Assembly (NCBI GenBank): GCA_020054815.1
Contig: JAIHAN010000001.1
Coordinates: forward strand, 5,836 to 69,835
Length of the DNA stretch: 64,000 nt
Reading direction: 5' to 3'
DNA from: Peptococcaceae bacterium
GTDB taxonomy: Bacteria > Bacillota > Peptococcia > DRI-13
Shown: positions 41,774-51,176 of the stretch, piece after piece
Position numbering within the stretch: the stretch's first letter is position 1
How the letters are laid out: every line of letters starts with the position of its first letter
The notes under the pieces: generated by a model
Databases searched by the model: none
What the model was told of the DNA's origin: nothing
The model's input: the letters and a program-made list of their open reading frames with translations, nothing else
Program-made: the position numbers and the translations under genes

Positions 41774-41822
41774 TAAGAAGTAAGAAATGAGATGTACCTC
41801 TGACATCTCACCTCTCATATCT
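41774..41822. repeat. Heptamer-repeat inverted pair D after spoIIIAH
   Basis: taagaag taagaaa tgagatg t | acctctg acatctc acctctc atatct. Confidence 0.7.
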
Positions 41823-42393
41823 ATTTTGTTTTAGGCACAATCACTACGTCCTCCATTTTACACCCCACCACTTTTACCACCATATCCGCAATCCGGGCAA
41901 TTTCATCCTGGCGCAAGCCATTGGAGGCAATGATTACCATCACAGATTCCGGCTGTATAACGACGACGGCGTCTTTAAACCCTTTGGCGATTAAAGCATT
42001 TTCCACTTTATACTCTTTTTCCAGGTTATCCGCAATCTTGATCAGCTTCTGTTGGGCTTCTTGACGCATTTGCGCTGAGGAATTGGGGTTGTTCACGATC
42101 TCTCTTAGGATTTCCACTTGTTCGCTCCGGGTCCTGTCCCGCTCGATCCTGTATTCCCCGAAAAAGCTGTCACTGGAACTTTTCGTTTCTTGAGGCACAA
42201 TGGTTACAGTTGGTGAAGGCTCGGTATTGTTAGCCGGTGCGGTAACAGGTTCCGAGATCGGTGCTTTATCTTTTAGAAGTGATGCTTCTTTGGCCTTATC
42301 CAATCCTATGTAACCTAACCACACAAAAGATATACATAACAAAACCAACCCAAACAAAATGAGGTTCTTCATTCTAATAAATATGGTCGTCAT
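41821..42393 (-). CDS. spoIIIAH: Stage III sporulation protein AH
   Basis: N-terminal TM; FF.EYRIERDRTRS...EN.L.AKGF.DAVV. Confidence 0.9.
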   Translation of the reverse strand: MTTIFIRMKNLILFGLVLLCISFVWLGYIGLDKAKEASLLKDKAPISEPVTAPANNTEPSPTVTIVPQETKSSSDSFFGEYRIERDRTRSEQVEILREIVNNPNSSAQMRQEAQQKLIKIADNLEKEYKVENALIAKGFKDAVVVIQPESVMVIIASNGLRQDEIARIADMVVKVVGCKMEDVVIVPKTK

Positions 42394-42400
42394 CTCTTTC

Positions 42401-43018
42401 TCACCTACTTTCCTTGGGAAGTACCATGATCCGGTGGGCAGGCAGGTCTAACATAGACTGGACGGCCCGGCTTAACTTTGAGCGGATTTCCACATCTTTG
42501 GCACCTTCAGCTACTACCACAATTCCCTTGATCTGGGGTCCCAGTTCTTTTACAATGACCGGTTCTCCTTTCCCCGCGGCGAAAACTAATTCTGCTTTCT
42601 GGTTCATTTCCGTGGTAGTTCTGGTTCCCCCCCCGGTATCTTTTTCTTCAATGGTGGACTTGCTGTCCGTTGTGTTACGGGCATAATCATGGGCGGGTCC
42701 TGCTGCGAGACTGACAGAGACCGTTACCTTGCCGGCCCCTTCAACCTGGCTCAAGATCTGGCTTACCTGCTGGGCCAAAGCGCTTTCTACCGTACTTAGA
42801 GGATAAGGGGCCTGTTTAGTATCTGTCTTCTCCAGTACCAGATTGGGAGCCTGGGACAGCGGTTTGCTCTTCCCTAAGAAGAGACCTGGCATAACCAGTA
42901 AAGCAATACCAAAGAGGACGACCAGTCCCACACCCCAGTAGCCGTATTTTCCCCTGGGGTTGGTCAATGTTTTGAAAAACTCACTCATTTTTTCACCTCC
43001 GCTCTTATGAAAAAACAA
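42401..43018 (-). CDS. spoIIIAG: Stage III sporulation protein AG
   Basis: ILSQVEGAGKVTV, P.IKGIVVVAEGA, PAHRI.VLP; start may be 42988. Confidence 0.9.
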   Translation of the reverse strand: MFFHKSGGEKMSEFFKTLTNPRGKYGYWGVGLVVLFGIALLVMPGLFLGKSKPLSQAPNLVLEKTDTKQAPYPLSTVESALAQQVSQILSQVEGAGKVTVSVSLAAGPAHDYARNTTDSKSTIEEKDTGGGTRTTTEMNQKAELVFAAGKGEPVIVKELGPQIKGIVVVAEGAKDVEIRSKLSRAVQSMLDLPAHRIMVLPKESR

Positions 43019-43652
43019 CTTTTATAATTTTAGGATTGATGCCGAAATAATTGCTCAAAGTGTTCTTTATTTCCCTTTCCATGCGCTTATGTTCCTCGTC
43101 AAGAACCGCCTGCGTGTCTTTGGCTCCTTCATTTCCCGCTGTTCTTTCTTTACTGTGAATGCGTACGGGTTCAACAGGCTTTATTGAACTACTCTTGTCT
43201 TCAGTTTCTTGGGTATCGACCATGACTAAAATACTTGCGATTCCTTCCAGGGTGCCCAACTGCTTACCTCCTTTGAGTTCTACCTGTACCTCTACTTCTT
43301 TAACACCTTTGACCAGTTTTACCAAAGCCTTCATTTGTCCCTCGATACGCCTGCTGTAATTTTCTAAAAAGAGGGATTGATTGGTGGCAGTCAATTTATC
43401 ACTTTGGGCCAAAACCGTATTGGCTGTGGAGGTGCTGGTTTTTAACTGCCAGGTCATGACTTCAAAGTCCTGCCCTTTGGTAAAAAGATTTAAGATGGGA
43501 TTCAAGAGGGTCACCAGGATGAAAAGCCCCATCACCACTTTCACAAAACGCTGCATGCTGCTGGAGGGCATAATCAGGTCGATAAAGGTTGTCAAAAGAA
43601 CGATAATCACCACGTTACGCACAAGTTCCTTCAATATCTCCAGAGAACTCAC
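43005..43652 (-). CDS. spoIIIAF: Stage III sporulation protein AF
   Basis: DLIMPSSSMQRFVKVVMGL....LLNP. Confidence 0.9.
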   Translation of the reverse strand: MSSLEILKELVRNVVIIVLLTTFIDLIMPSSSMQRFVKVVMGLFILVTLLNPILNLFTKGQDFEVMTWQLKTSTSTANTVLAQSDKLTATNQSLFLENYSRRIEGQMKALVKLVKGVKEVEVQVELKGGKQLGTLEGIASILVMVDTQETEDKSSSIKPVEPVRIHSKERTAGNEGAKDTQAVLDEEHKRMEREIKNTLSNYFGINPKIIKVVFS

Positions 43653-44837
43653 CTACCTTAACATCACTGTGAAGTTGGCCGCCCCAACGATGATGGTTAT
43701 AGTGAGGAAAAACATAATGGCCACACTGGTTACGGCGGCAAACACCATAAATAAGCTTCCGGCCATATCTTCCAGGGCATCAGCCATTAAGGAGTCACCC
43801 AGGGGCTGTAAGAGGGCGGCAGCCAACCTGTAGATTACCGCCACTGCCAGTATTTTCAAAACAGGAAACAGGACAATCACACTTAGTACCAGAACCCCTG
43901 TTAACCCTATGGCATTTTTTAATAATAAGGAACCTCCAATGACCGCATCCAAAGCATCGGCAAACATGCTTCCCGCCACCGGAACAAAAGCGCCCGTGAC
44001 AAATTTGGCGGTCCGCAAAGAGACCCCGTCAACCACGGCACCCGCTACCCCTTCTACGGTAACGATGCCGATAAAGATAGTAAGAACGAGGCCAATACCC
44101 ACCTTCGTAAATTGCTTTAGCAATCCGGCCAGGCGGGAAACTTTAAAACGGTCGGAAATATTGTTAGCAATGGAAATAACAGCACAGAGAAAAATCATAG
44201 GAAAGATGATTGTTTGAATAAAAGTGGCCATGACACTGAGGGAGACCATCAGAAAAGGCTGGAGGAGGGCCACACTGGTTAACCCTCCCATAGCCGTGAG
44301 CAGGGCCAGTAAAACAGGTAACAACACCTGCATAAAATCAACCATTTTATCAATGGTGGAAAGACCTGTAGTGACCGCCACTTTAAAGGAACCGATGGCC
44401 AGGGTAATCACTACCAGGTAACACACGAAGTAGGCCAGTTTGGCTACTGTCCCGTTAGCAAAAGCCGACTGGAGATTCTGCAAAACCACACAGACGACAG
44501 CTACAATTAAAAGCTTACCCAGGAGAGTTAAGTTGCCTAATATCTCCTGGAAAAGGTACTGGAAAATACTTTTTAATACTTCCTGGGGAGATAAATCCAA
44601 CTGACCCTTCTTAAAGTTTTCAATCATCCGCTCCAGGGAAATGTCTTTAATATAACGTCCTACTTCCTGGTCAACCTGGATAATAAACTCTTCCAGGTCA
44701 TGGAGGTCCAGGGTATCCAGCTGTTTTTCCATAGCTGACTGGGGTGTCAACACTTCATTTTTTTCTGAAGCAGCGCTGAGGTGGCAAGGAAACAGCAAAC
44801 ACAAGGAAATAATAAGATATATTAATACTCTTCTCAT
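43653..44837 (-). CDS. spoIIIAE: Stage III sporulation protein AE
   Basis: Multi-TM; RTAKFVTGAFVPVAG, LLKNAIG. Confidence 0.92.
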   Translation of the reverse strand: MRRVLIYLIISLCLLFPCHLSAASEKNEVLTPQSAMEKQLDTLDLHDLEEFIIQVDQEVGRYIKDISLERMIENFKKGQLDLSPQEVLKSIFQYLFQEILGNLTLLGKLLIVAVVCVVLQNLQSAFANGTVAKLAYFVCYLVVITLAIGSFKVAVTTGLSTIDKMVDFMQVLLPVLLALLTAMGGLTSVALLQPFLMVSLSVMATFIQTIIFPMIFLCAVISIANNISDRFKVSRLAGLLKQFTKVGIGLVLTIFIGIVTVEGVAGAVVDGVSLRTAKFVTGAFVPVAGSMFADALDAVIGGSLLLKNAIGLTGVLVLSVIVLFPVLKILAVAVIYRLAAALLQPLGDSLMADALEDMAGSLFMVFAAVTSVAIMFFLTITIIVGAANFTVMLR

Positions 44838-44848
44838 AATTGATCACC

Positions 44849-45235
44849 TTAAGGAATGAGCCGGAGAACAGATTCCAAAATCGCCACGATAATGGGCAGG
44901 GCCAAAACCATCACTAAGATCTTTGCTGCCAGCTCTATTTTGGTGGCAATTGACCCTTCCCCCGCATCTTTACAAACCTGAGCCCCAAACTCTGCAATAT
45001 AGGCAATGCCAATGATCTTGAGGACTGTCGTCAGGTAGAACATATTAATGTTAGCCCGGGATGCCAGTTCCTCCAACACCTTTACCACAGCACTTACCTT
45101 GCTGACGGCAAAAAGGAAAATTAAGAGCCCCGTAGCCATACTGATAAGGAGGGCTATTTCTTTATTCCGCTCCTTGACAAAAACGGCTAATATGGCCCCA
45201 ATTAAGCCGATGCCCACTATCTGCAGGATCTCCAT
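44849..45235 (-). CDS. spoIIIAD: Stage III sporulation protein AD
   Basis: LKIIGIAYIAEFGAQVCKDAGE..IA.KIELA.K. Confidence 0.95.
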   Translation of the reverse strand: MEILQIVGIGLIGAILAVFVKERNKEIALLISMATGLLIFLFAVSKVSAVVKVLEELASRANINMFYLTTVLKIIGIAYIAEFGAQVCKDAGEGSIATKIELAAKILVMVLALPIIVAILESVLRLIP

Positions 45236-45244
45236 AAGACACCC

Positions 45245-45442
45245 CTACGACAAAAAGAAGATACTTTTTACCCTGGTCAGGAGATCAGCGATGAGCTGAA
45301 TGACCATTATCAGGGCGATGGATACACCGGCAAGGGTAGCAATAAAGGAGTATTCCTCTTTGCCCGCCTGTTTCAGTACAGTATGAAAAATTGAGGTAAG
45401 AATGCCTATCCCGGCTATCTGAAAAATTAACTCAATATTCAT
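45245..45442 (-). CDS. spoIIIAC: Stage III sporulation protein AC
   Basis: IFQIAGIGIL.....VLKQAGKEE. Confidence 0.93.
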   Translation of the reverse strand: MNIELIFQIAGIGILTSIFHTVLKQAGKEEYSFIATLAGVSIALIMVIQLIADLLTRVKSIFFLS

Positions 45443-45454
45443 AGCTACTCCCCT

Positions 45455-45973
45455 TTAAATCAAGATAAGAACAACTACGGCTCCCAAACAGAATCCTAAA
45501 TACTGCCACATTCTCTGGTGTTTTTCCATCCTCTGCACTGCTCTCATCTCTGCCATGTGGAGCTGTTCTTTCACCAGGGCCAGGTTTTTTAGCTGGTCTT
45601 CTTTCGCGGAAATCCCCAGGCCATAGCCAAACAATGTTAAGATATTGATCTCTTCGTTGGTCAGGGGTATCTCCTTGACCAGGACCTTGACTCCCTCCCG
45701 CCAGGCCTCACCTGCGGTAACACCTTTTTTATTCGATAAGAGCCTTCCCGCATGTTCAAACAGTATCCTGCTTTCGCTGTGTAATTTATCGGCTACTCTC
45801 TTTAAAGCCAGGGGCAGTGGTGTAGAAGTATAGTTGATTTCCGTTTCCAGTAAATTCAATCCACTCTGTAACATCCGTAACAGTTCCACTCTTTTTTTAT
45901 ACATCTGGGCAATATTCAGCCCCAGGTAGCCGCAGCCGCTAATGATACACAGTGCACCAATGAATTTCACCAT
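45455..45973 (-). CDS. spoIIIAB: Stage III sporulation protein AB
   Basis: LETEINY..TPL, LG.S..EDQ; start at ATG 45973 (MVKFIG). Confidence 0.9.
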   Translation of the reverse strand: MVKFIGALCIISGCGYLGLNIAQMYKKRVELLRMLQSGLNLLETEINYTSTPLPLALKRVADKLHSESRILFEHAGRLLSNKKGVTAGEAWREGVKVLVKEIPLTNEEINILTLFGYGLGISAKEDQLKNLALVKEQLHMAEMRAVQRMEKHQRMWQYLGFCLGAVVVLILI

Positions 45974-47019
45974 TAGCTGCTCATCCTTTCCAGTGTTTTT
46001 CCATCCCACACCGCTTCAATGGTTCCCACTCCCCGGCGGCGGCTCAGGAAAACCAAACGCTCAAAATATCCCCACCGTAAAAGTTCTTTTAACACAGGCC
46101 TTTCCTGGAGTTCCTTGAGACTATGGCCATGGACGGTGGTAATCACATTTACGCCCGCCTGCAGGGCCTGGTAAAGGGCTTCTATATCCTCTTCCCTGCC
46201 AATTTCATCGGTGGCCACCACCCGCGGCGACATAGAGCGGATCAACATCATCATTCCTTGGGCTTTGGGACAGGCATCCAAAACGTCAGTGCGTAAACCA
46301 ATGAAAAATTGAGGTTGTCCCTGGTACATACCGGCAATTTCTGAGCGTTCATCCACCAGGCCTACATTGACCCCTGAAAAATGCAAACGGGGAATACCGT
46401 CACTTAACTGGCGCACCACATCTCTCAGCAAGGTAGTCTTGCCGCACTGGGGCGGCGATATAATCAGGGTGTTGTAAATGTGGCCCTCGTTGATTAAAGA
46501 GGGCAGAAGCTTGTCAGCACAGCCTGGAACCTCACGCCCAATACGATAATTTAAGCCGGAAATTTCTTTTAAGGTTTTGATTCTTCCCTTGTCCAAAACA
46601 CCTTTACCTACGATCCCCACCCGGTGCCCCCCCGGTATGGTCAGATAGCCGTTCTTTAACTCGTCTTCCCAGGCATATAGAGAACTCTGGCTTAAGATTT
46701 CCATACCCTGCTCAATATCCTCACGCCTGACAAGATAACCACGGCCATAATCGTTGGTAAGTTTGCGGTCAGGGTCAACGGTTACTTCCTTTAACCCCAT
46801 GCGGATAAGCAGGGGACGCTGAATGCGCATCCGTATTTCTTCAATATTTTGGAGGTAAAACTTTAAATTGTGCTCCATTAAATGACGAATATTATTTGGC
46901 AATGCTTGTAACCAGGTATTGGATTCAAAAACCTCACTGCTTATCATTTTCGTTACCTTGTTTTCTTTACTGATAGTAATGGTCGTCACACTGCTGCCAC
47001 CCCCACTAACAACTACCAA
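45973..47019 (-). CDS. spoIIIAA: Stage III sporulation protein AA (ATPase)
   Basis: EEIRMR, TIPGGHRVG, SPPQCGKTTLLRD, DERSEIA, RSMSP...DEIG; exact start uncertain. Confidence 0.95.
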   Translation of the reverse strand: MVVVSGGGSSVTTITISKENKVTKMISSEVFESNTWLQALPNNIRHLMEHNLKFYLQNIEEIRMRIQRPLLIRMGLKEVTVDPDRKLTNDYGRGYLVRREDIEQGMEILSQSSLYAWEDELKNGYLTIPGGHRVGIVGKGVLDKGRIKTLKEISGLNYRIGREVPGCADKLLPSLINEGHIYNTLIISPPQCGKTTLLRDVVRQLSDGIPRLHFSGVNVGLVDERSEIAGMYQGQPQFFIGLRTDVLDACPKAQGMMMLIRSMSPRVVATDEIGREEDIEALYQALQAGVNVITTVHGHSLKELQERPVLKELLRWGYFERLVFLSRRRGVGTIEAVWDGKTLERMSS

Positions 47020-47039
47020 CTAACTTTGCTGGACAATAA

Positions 47040-47068
47040 AATATATTGTCCTCTGCCTGATTTTATGC
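47040..47068 (-). promoter_or_regulatory. Sigma-E-like promoter of the spoIIIA operon
   Basis: GCATAAA-N14-AATATATT. Confidence 0.55.
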
Positions 47069-47094
47069 AAAAAAAATAGACAGCCTTTTGCTGT

Positions 47095-47529
47095 CTATTC
47101 CTCATCTTCTTGTTCCTCTCCGTCATTGACATAGACGACTTCATCACAGTTGGGGCAGGTGACCTCAATCACGTCATCGTCAGCAAGGATACTGGCTTCA
47201 AAGCGGACGATGTCGTGGCATTTGGGGCACTCAATTTCTACAAAGCTGCCCTCCTCGTCGTCTTCGTAGTCCTCGTCGTGGTCATGGCAGCTGCAGCCTT
47301 CTTCGTAACCGTAAACTTCGTCTTCCAGATCGCCTAAATCCTCATCAACTGCCTCAATATATTTTTCCAATTCTTCCTGGTATTGAGCCATTTCATCCAC
47401 AGCTATACTCATTTCTGCCAGGACATCGATAATGGCGGAAATAATTTTCCCTTCTTTAGTACCTTTATCCAGGTCTAAACCTTCCGCCAGGCCCTGGAGA
47501 TAGGCTATTTTTGCCTTTAAATCACTCAC
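47095..47529 (-). CDS. CD1247-family acidic Zn-ribbon protein
   Basis: KIAYLQGLAEGL....TKEGK; acidic linker; CPKC...CPNC; lies between efp and spoIIIAA. Confidence 0.85.
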   Translation of the reverse strand: MSDLKAKIAYLQGLAEGLDLDKGTKEGKIISAIIDVLAEMSIAVDEMAQYQEELEKYIEAVDEDLGDLEDEVYGYEEGCSCHDHDEDYEDDEEGSFVEIECPKCHDIVRFEASILADDDVIEVTCPNCDEVVYVNDGEEQEDEE

Positions 47530-47608
47530 AGTTTTATCCTCCTTAATGAGTATTACTGCTATATTATACCTTATTTATCTATAATTAAACATTAAATCCG
47601 CTTTAAAA

Positions 47609-48166
47609 CTAAGCACGGCTTACATATTGCCCTGTACGGGTATCAATAATGAGGGTATCACCTTCATTGACAAAGAAAGGAACCTGTACAACCAGACCCG
47701 TTTCCACGGTGGCTGGCTTACCGCCGCCGGAGGCCGTATCTCCCTTGATGCCGGGTTCCGTGGCTACCACCTTTAATTCAACCTGCTTGGGCAGGTCCAT
47801 GCCAATGACCTGGCCCTGATAGAAAAGGATTCCTGTATTCATATTTTCTTTTAAGTACTTGGGTGCATCTTCCAGAACACTTTCCGGCAAGGAGATCTGT
47901 TCGTATGTCTCTGTGTCCATAAATACCCAGTTGTCTCCTTCTTTGTAGAGGTACTGCATTTCTTTACGTTCAATGTGGGCTTTTTCAAATTTTTCGCCTG
48001 GGCGGAAAGTTTTCTCTACCACTGCGCCGGTCTTAACGTTTTTCAATTTGCAGCGTACAAAAGCTGCACCTTTCCCGGGTTTTACATGCTGGAACTCCAG
48101 GAGCTGCACTACATCTCCTTCCAGTTCAAAAGTTAAGCCAGTGCGAAAGTCTGATGTTGAAATCAT
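47609..48166 (-). CDS. efp: Elongation factor P
   Basis: [29 protein letters not shown]. Confidence 0.97.
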   Translation of the reverse strand: MISTSDFRTGLTFELEGDVVQLLEFQHVKPGKGAAFVRCKLKNVKTGAVVEKTFRPGEKFEKAHIERKEMQYLYKEGDNWVFMDTETYEQISLPESVLEDAPKYLKENMNTGILFYQGQVIGMDLPKQVELKVVATEPGIKGDTASGGGKPATVETGLVVQVPFFVNEGDTLIIDTRTGQYVSRA

Positions 48167-48187
48167 ATTTTCCCTCCTACATATACA

Positions 48188-49258
48188 TTACTTTTTCATC
48201 AGAAAAATATTTTTAGGGGATTTAGTTAAGATATCACAACCGTCAGGGGTTATGACCACCAAATCTTCAATTCTTACACCGCCCCACCCGGACAGGTAAA
48301 TACCGGGTTCAACAGAGACAACCATTCCCGGCTCCAGGATAGTCTCATCACTGGGAGCTAATCTGGGTCCTTCATGAATCTCCAGGCCTACACCGTGCCC
48401 CAGTCCATGACCGAAATTCTCTCCATATCCCGCTTTGCTGATGATGTCTCGGGCCACCGCATCGGCTTCCCTGGCTTTCATACCAGGCCTGATGACTTTA
48501 TATACTTCCTCCTGGGCTCTTAAAACCAGGTCATAGATCTCTCTTTGCCGTGCATCGGGTTCACCCATCACCACGGTCCTGGTCATATCGGAATGATAGC
48601 CGTTGTATACTGCGCCAAAATCAAGGGTAACCAGTTCCCCCGGGGCAATGGTCTTATTGGTGGCTATTCCGTGGGGTAAGGCCGAACGAACACCCGAGGC
48701 CGCAATAATATCGAAGGCATTCTTTTCCGAGCCCAAACGGCGCATAAAAAACTCCAGTTCCAGGGCGATTTCTTTTTCCGACAAACCTACCCGAATAAAA
48801 TCCATAATATGTAAAAAGGCCTTGTCGGCAATTTCCACGGCTTTCTTCATATACGTGATTTCTTCCGGTGTTTTAATATACCGCAGCTCTGCACAGAAAT
48901 CCTTAACCGGCACCAGATCAACTCCGGGAAGATTCTCGTGGAGCTCCTGGTAGACAGCAATGGTAATAAAATCTTTCTCCAGGCCTAACTTTTTAACTTC
49001 ATATTTAGTCACTAACTCCTGGAGAGTTTTAACCAGGGGAAAGCTATGTATCACTATTTGAAACTCAGGAGCCTGCTGGACCGCCTGATCTTTATAGCGG
49101 AAGTCTGTAAGCAGAAGATTGGCCTCCGGAGTAATGAGGAGCATGCCGCTGGTCCCCGTAAAACCGCTTAAATATCTCCTGTTGGTAGGTTTTGCGATTA
49201 AAAGAGCATCCAAACCTTCTGCCTGAAGTGTATTTTTTAATTGGGAGAGTTTATTCAA
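48188..49258 (-). CDS. Xaa-Pro aminopeptidase (M24)
   Basis: DFGA...GYHSDMTRT, HGLGHGVGLEIHE, EPGIY, GGVRIED. Confidence 0.92.
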   Translation of the reverse strand: MNKLSQLKNTLQAEGLDALLIAKPTNRRYLSGFTGTSGMLLITPEANLLLTDFRYKDQAVQQAPEFQIVIHSFPLVKTLQELVTKYEVKKLGLEKDFITIAVYQELHENLPGVDLVPVKDFCAELRYIKTPEEITYMKKAVEIADKAFLHIMDFIRVGLSEKEIALELEFFMRRLGSEKNAFDIIAASGVRSALPHGIATNKTIAPGELVTLDFGAVYNGYHSDMTRTVVMGEPDARQREIYDLVLRAQEEVYKVIRPGMKAREADAVARDIISKAGYGENFGHGLGHGVGLEIHEGPRLAPSDETILEPGMVVSVEPGIYLSGWGGVRIEDLVVITPDGCDILTKSPKNIFLMKK

Positions 49259-49715
49259 GCATTGTTCCCCCTTGTTTCAAATAATAAGCTGCCGCCTCCA
49301 AAGCCAGCTCATAACCCAGGGTGCCCAAACCACAGATCTGTCCCTGGACAATGTCAGCCAGCAAGGATTTATGCCGGAAGGACTCCCTGGCATAAATATT
49401 GCTGATATGTACCTCAATAACAGGAATTTTAACGCCCAAAAGGGCATCACGAATGGCCACACTGGTATGGGTATAGGCAGCGGCGTTAATAATAATATAA
49501 TTATAGATTCCTCGGGCTTTATGAATAAACTCTACAATCTCTCCTTCATGGTTAGACTGAAAACAGGTAATCTCCAGGTTTAAAGTCCGGCCTTTTTGGA
49601 TGAGCCTTTCGTGGAGCTGTTCCAGGGTTTCCTGACCATAAAAAGATTGTTCTCTCTGTCCTAAGAGATTCATATTGGGTCCTTGAATTACACAAATCTT
49701 GGCCATCTTGTCCAC
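49251..49715 (-). CDS. aroQ: Type II 3-dehydroquinate dehydratase
   Basis: GPNMNLLG.RE, QSNHEG, NAAAYTHTS, EVHISN..ARE.FR. Confidence 0.95.
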   Translation of the reverse strand: MDKMAKICVIQGPNMNLLGQREQSFYGQETLEQLHERLIQKGRTLNLEITCFQSNHEGEIVEFIHKARGIYNYIIINAAAYTHTSVAIRDALLGVKIPVIEVHISNIYARESFRHKSLLADIVQGQICGLGTLGYELALEAAAYYLKQGGTMLE

Positions 49716-49780
49716 CCACTAATTCCGTAATTTTCCTCAAGCATTTTACCATAAAGCTATTGATTTTCCTAGTCTTTTCT

Positions 49781-51127
49781 TTAAGTACCGCTGATGCTCA
49801 TGGATTTTATCCTGATGGTAGGAGCGCCCTTGGCCACGTAGAAGGTCAGGTCATTGCCTACCATGTCGATATCCAGAAGCAAATCTTTTAAATTGCCGGC
49901 CATGGCTACCCCCCGGACGGGCCGGGTCATTTCGCCATTTTCTATAAGTAAGCCCGAGGCCCCCAGGGAAAAATCTCCCGAAATAGGATTGGCCGTATGC
50001 ATTCCCATGACATCGGTAATATATAACCCCTTCTTGATCTCCTTGATAATGTCCTCTGGGGAGACAGGACCCGGTTTTAAATATAAATTGGTAATACCTA
50101 CTTCGGGTGTCCCTTTGTACGACCCACGCACGGCGTTACCCGTAGAGGTAAGGCCAAACTTTTTGGCCGTGTAACTATTATGCAGAAAACCCTTGAGTTT
50201 CCCTTCTTCGATCAAAGGCGTGGCAGAAGTGGGTATACCTTCTCCGTCAAAAGGCGATGACCCCAGCCTCCCCGGCATAGTGCCGTCATCTATAATGGTC
50301 ACAAGAGGATTGGCTACTTGCTGTCCTTCTTTTCCTTTAAGAAAAGATTTGCCTTTTAAGACGGCTTCGCCGCTAAAAACATTTTGTAAAATACCCAAAA
50401 AATTCGTTACGATATAGGGATCCATAACCACGGGCATACGGGCTGAGGGAATGGTTTTCGCTCCCAGCATGCGAATGGCTTTTTGCCCTGCTTCCCTGCC
50501 TATTTTTACAGGGTCTAACTCCTGATAACTCAGCGCATACTGCATGGCAAATCCCGTTTGGTTATCGTCATTCTCCTTTCCCACCACCACAGCATAACCG
50601 CCGCAGTAGGACCCACGGTATGCGGCCTGTAGGCCAAGGGAATTAAAGATACAGATCTGATAGCGGGAGTCCTGATATGCTGTCCTTTCCGTTATTTTGA
50701 CCCGGGGGTCGAAACTGTGTGCCGCCTCTTCTATTTCTTGAGCAAAAAGTATTTTTTCTTCTAAAGGAGTCTCGAAAATACGCTCATCGTATAAAGCCAT
50801 TTCATGATAGGCCGGAGGCGGCGCCGGCAGTTCCCAGTTAGCATCGCTGACAGATTCCCGGGAGTTATGGAGAGCCATTTCCACCACTTTGTTCAAGGCC
50901 TCTTCCGACAAATCGGAGGTAAAAGCATAGCCCAAACGGTTGTCCACAATTACCCGCAATCCCAGGCCCGACTCCTGGGCCAGTTTGAGATTTTCCACCT
51001 TCTGCCGGGCCACCTGGATGGTAAGTTCCTCCGAATCCACCAGAAATACTTCTGCTAGAGAAATACCCTTGTCTTTACTCTTTTCCAAAACCTGCTGGGC
51101 TAAAGAAAGATATTTTGTCTCAGTCAT
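49781..51127 (-). CDS. pmbA: TldE/PmbA family protein
   Basis: PFDGEG, STGNA.R, NPISGDFS; no HExxH; paired with tldD. Confidence 0.88.
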   Translation of the reverse strand: MTETKYLSLAQQVLEKSKDKGISLAEVFLVDSEELTIQVARQKVENLKLAQESGLGLRVIVDNRLGYAFTSDLSEEALNKVVEMALHNSRESVSDANWELPAPPPAYHEMALYDERIFETPLEEKILFAQEIEEAAHSFDPRVKITERTAYQDSRYQICIFNSLGLQAAYRGSYCGGYAVVVGKENDDNQTGFAMQYALSYQELDPVKIGREAGQKAIRMLGAKTIPSARMPVVMDPYIVTNFLGILQNVFSGEAVLKGKSFLKGKEGQQVANPLVTIIDDGTMPGRLGSSPFDGEGIPTSATPLIEEGKLKGFLHNSYTAKKFGLTSTGNAVRGSYKGTPEVGITNLYLKPGPVSPEDIIKEIKKGLYITDVMGMHTANPISGDFSLGASGLLIENGEMTRPVRGVAMAGNLKDLLLDIDMVGNDLTFYVAKGAPTIRIKSMSISGT

Positions 51128-51176
51128 AACCCCATGAACCTCCCGCTCAGTTTCATAATAAAGGCTAAAGGCTCCC

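Noticed and set aside
47230-47345. Triplet-like tcg/tca repeats
   Set aside because: They simply encode the Asp/Glu-rich linker of the CD1247-family protein.
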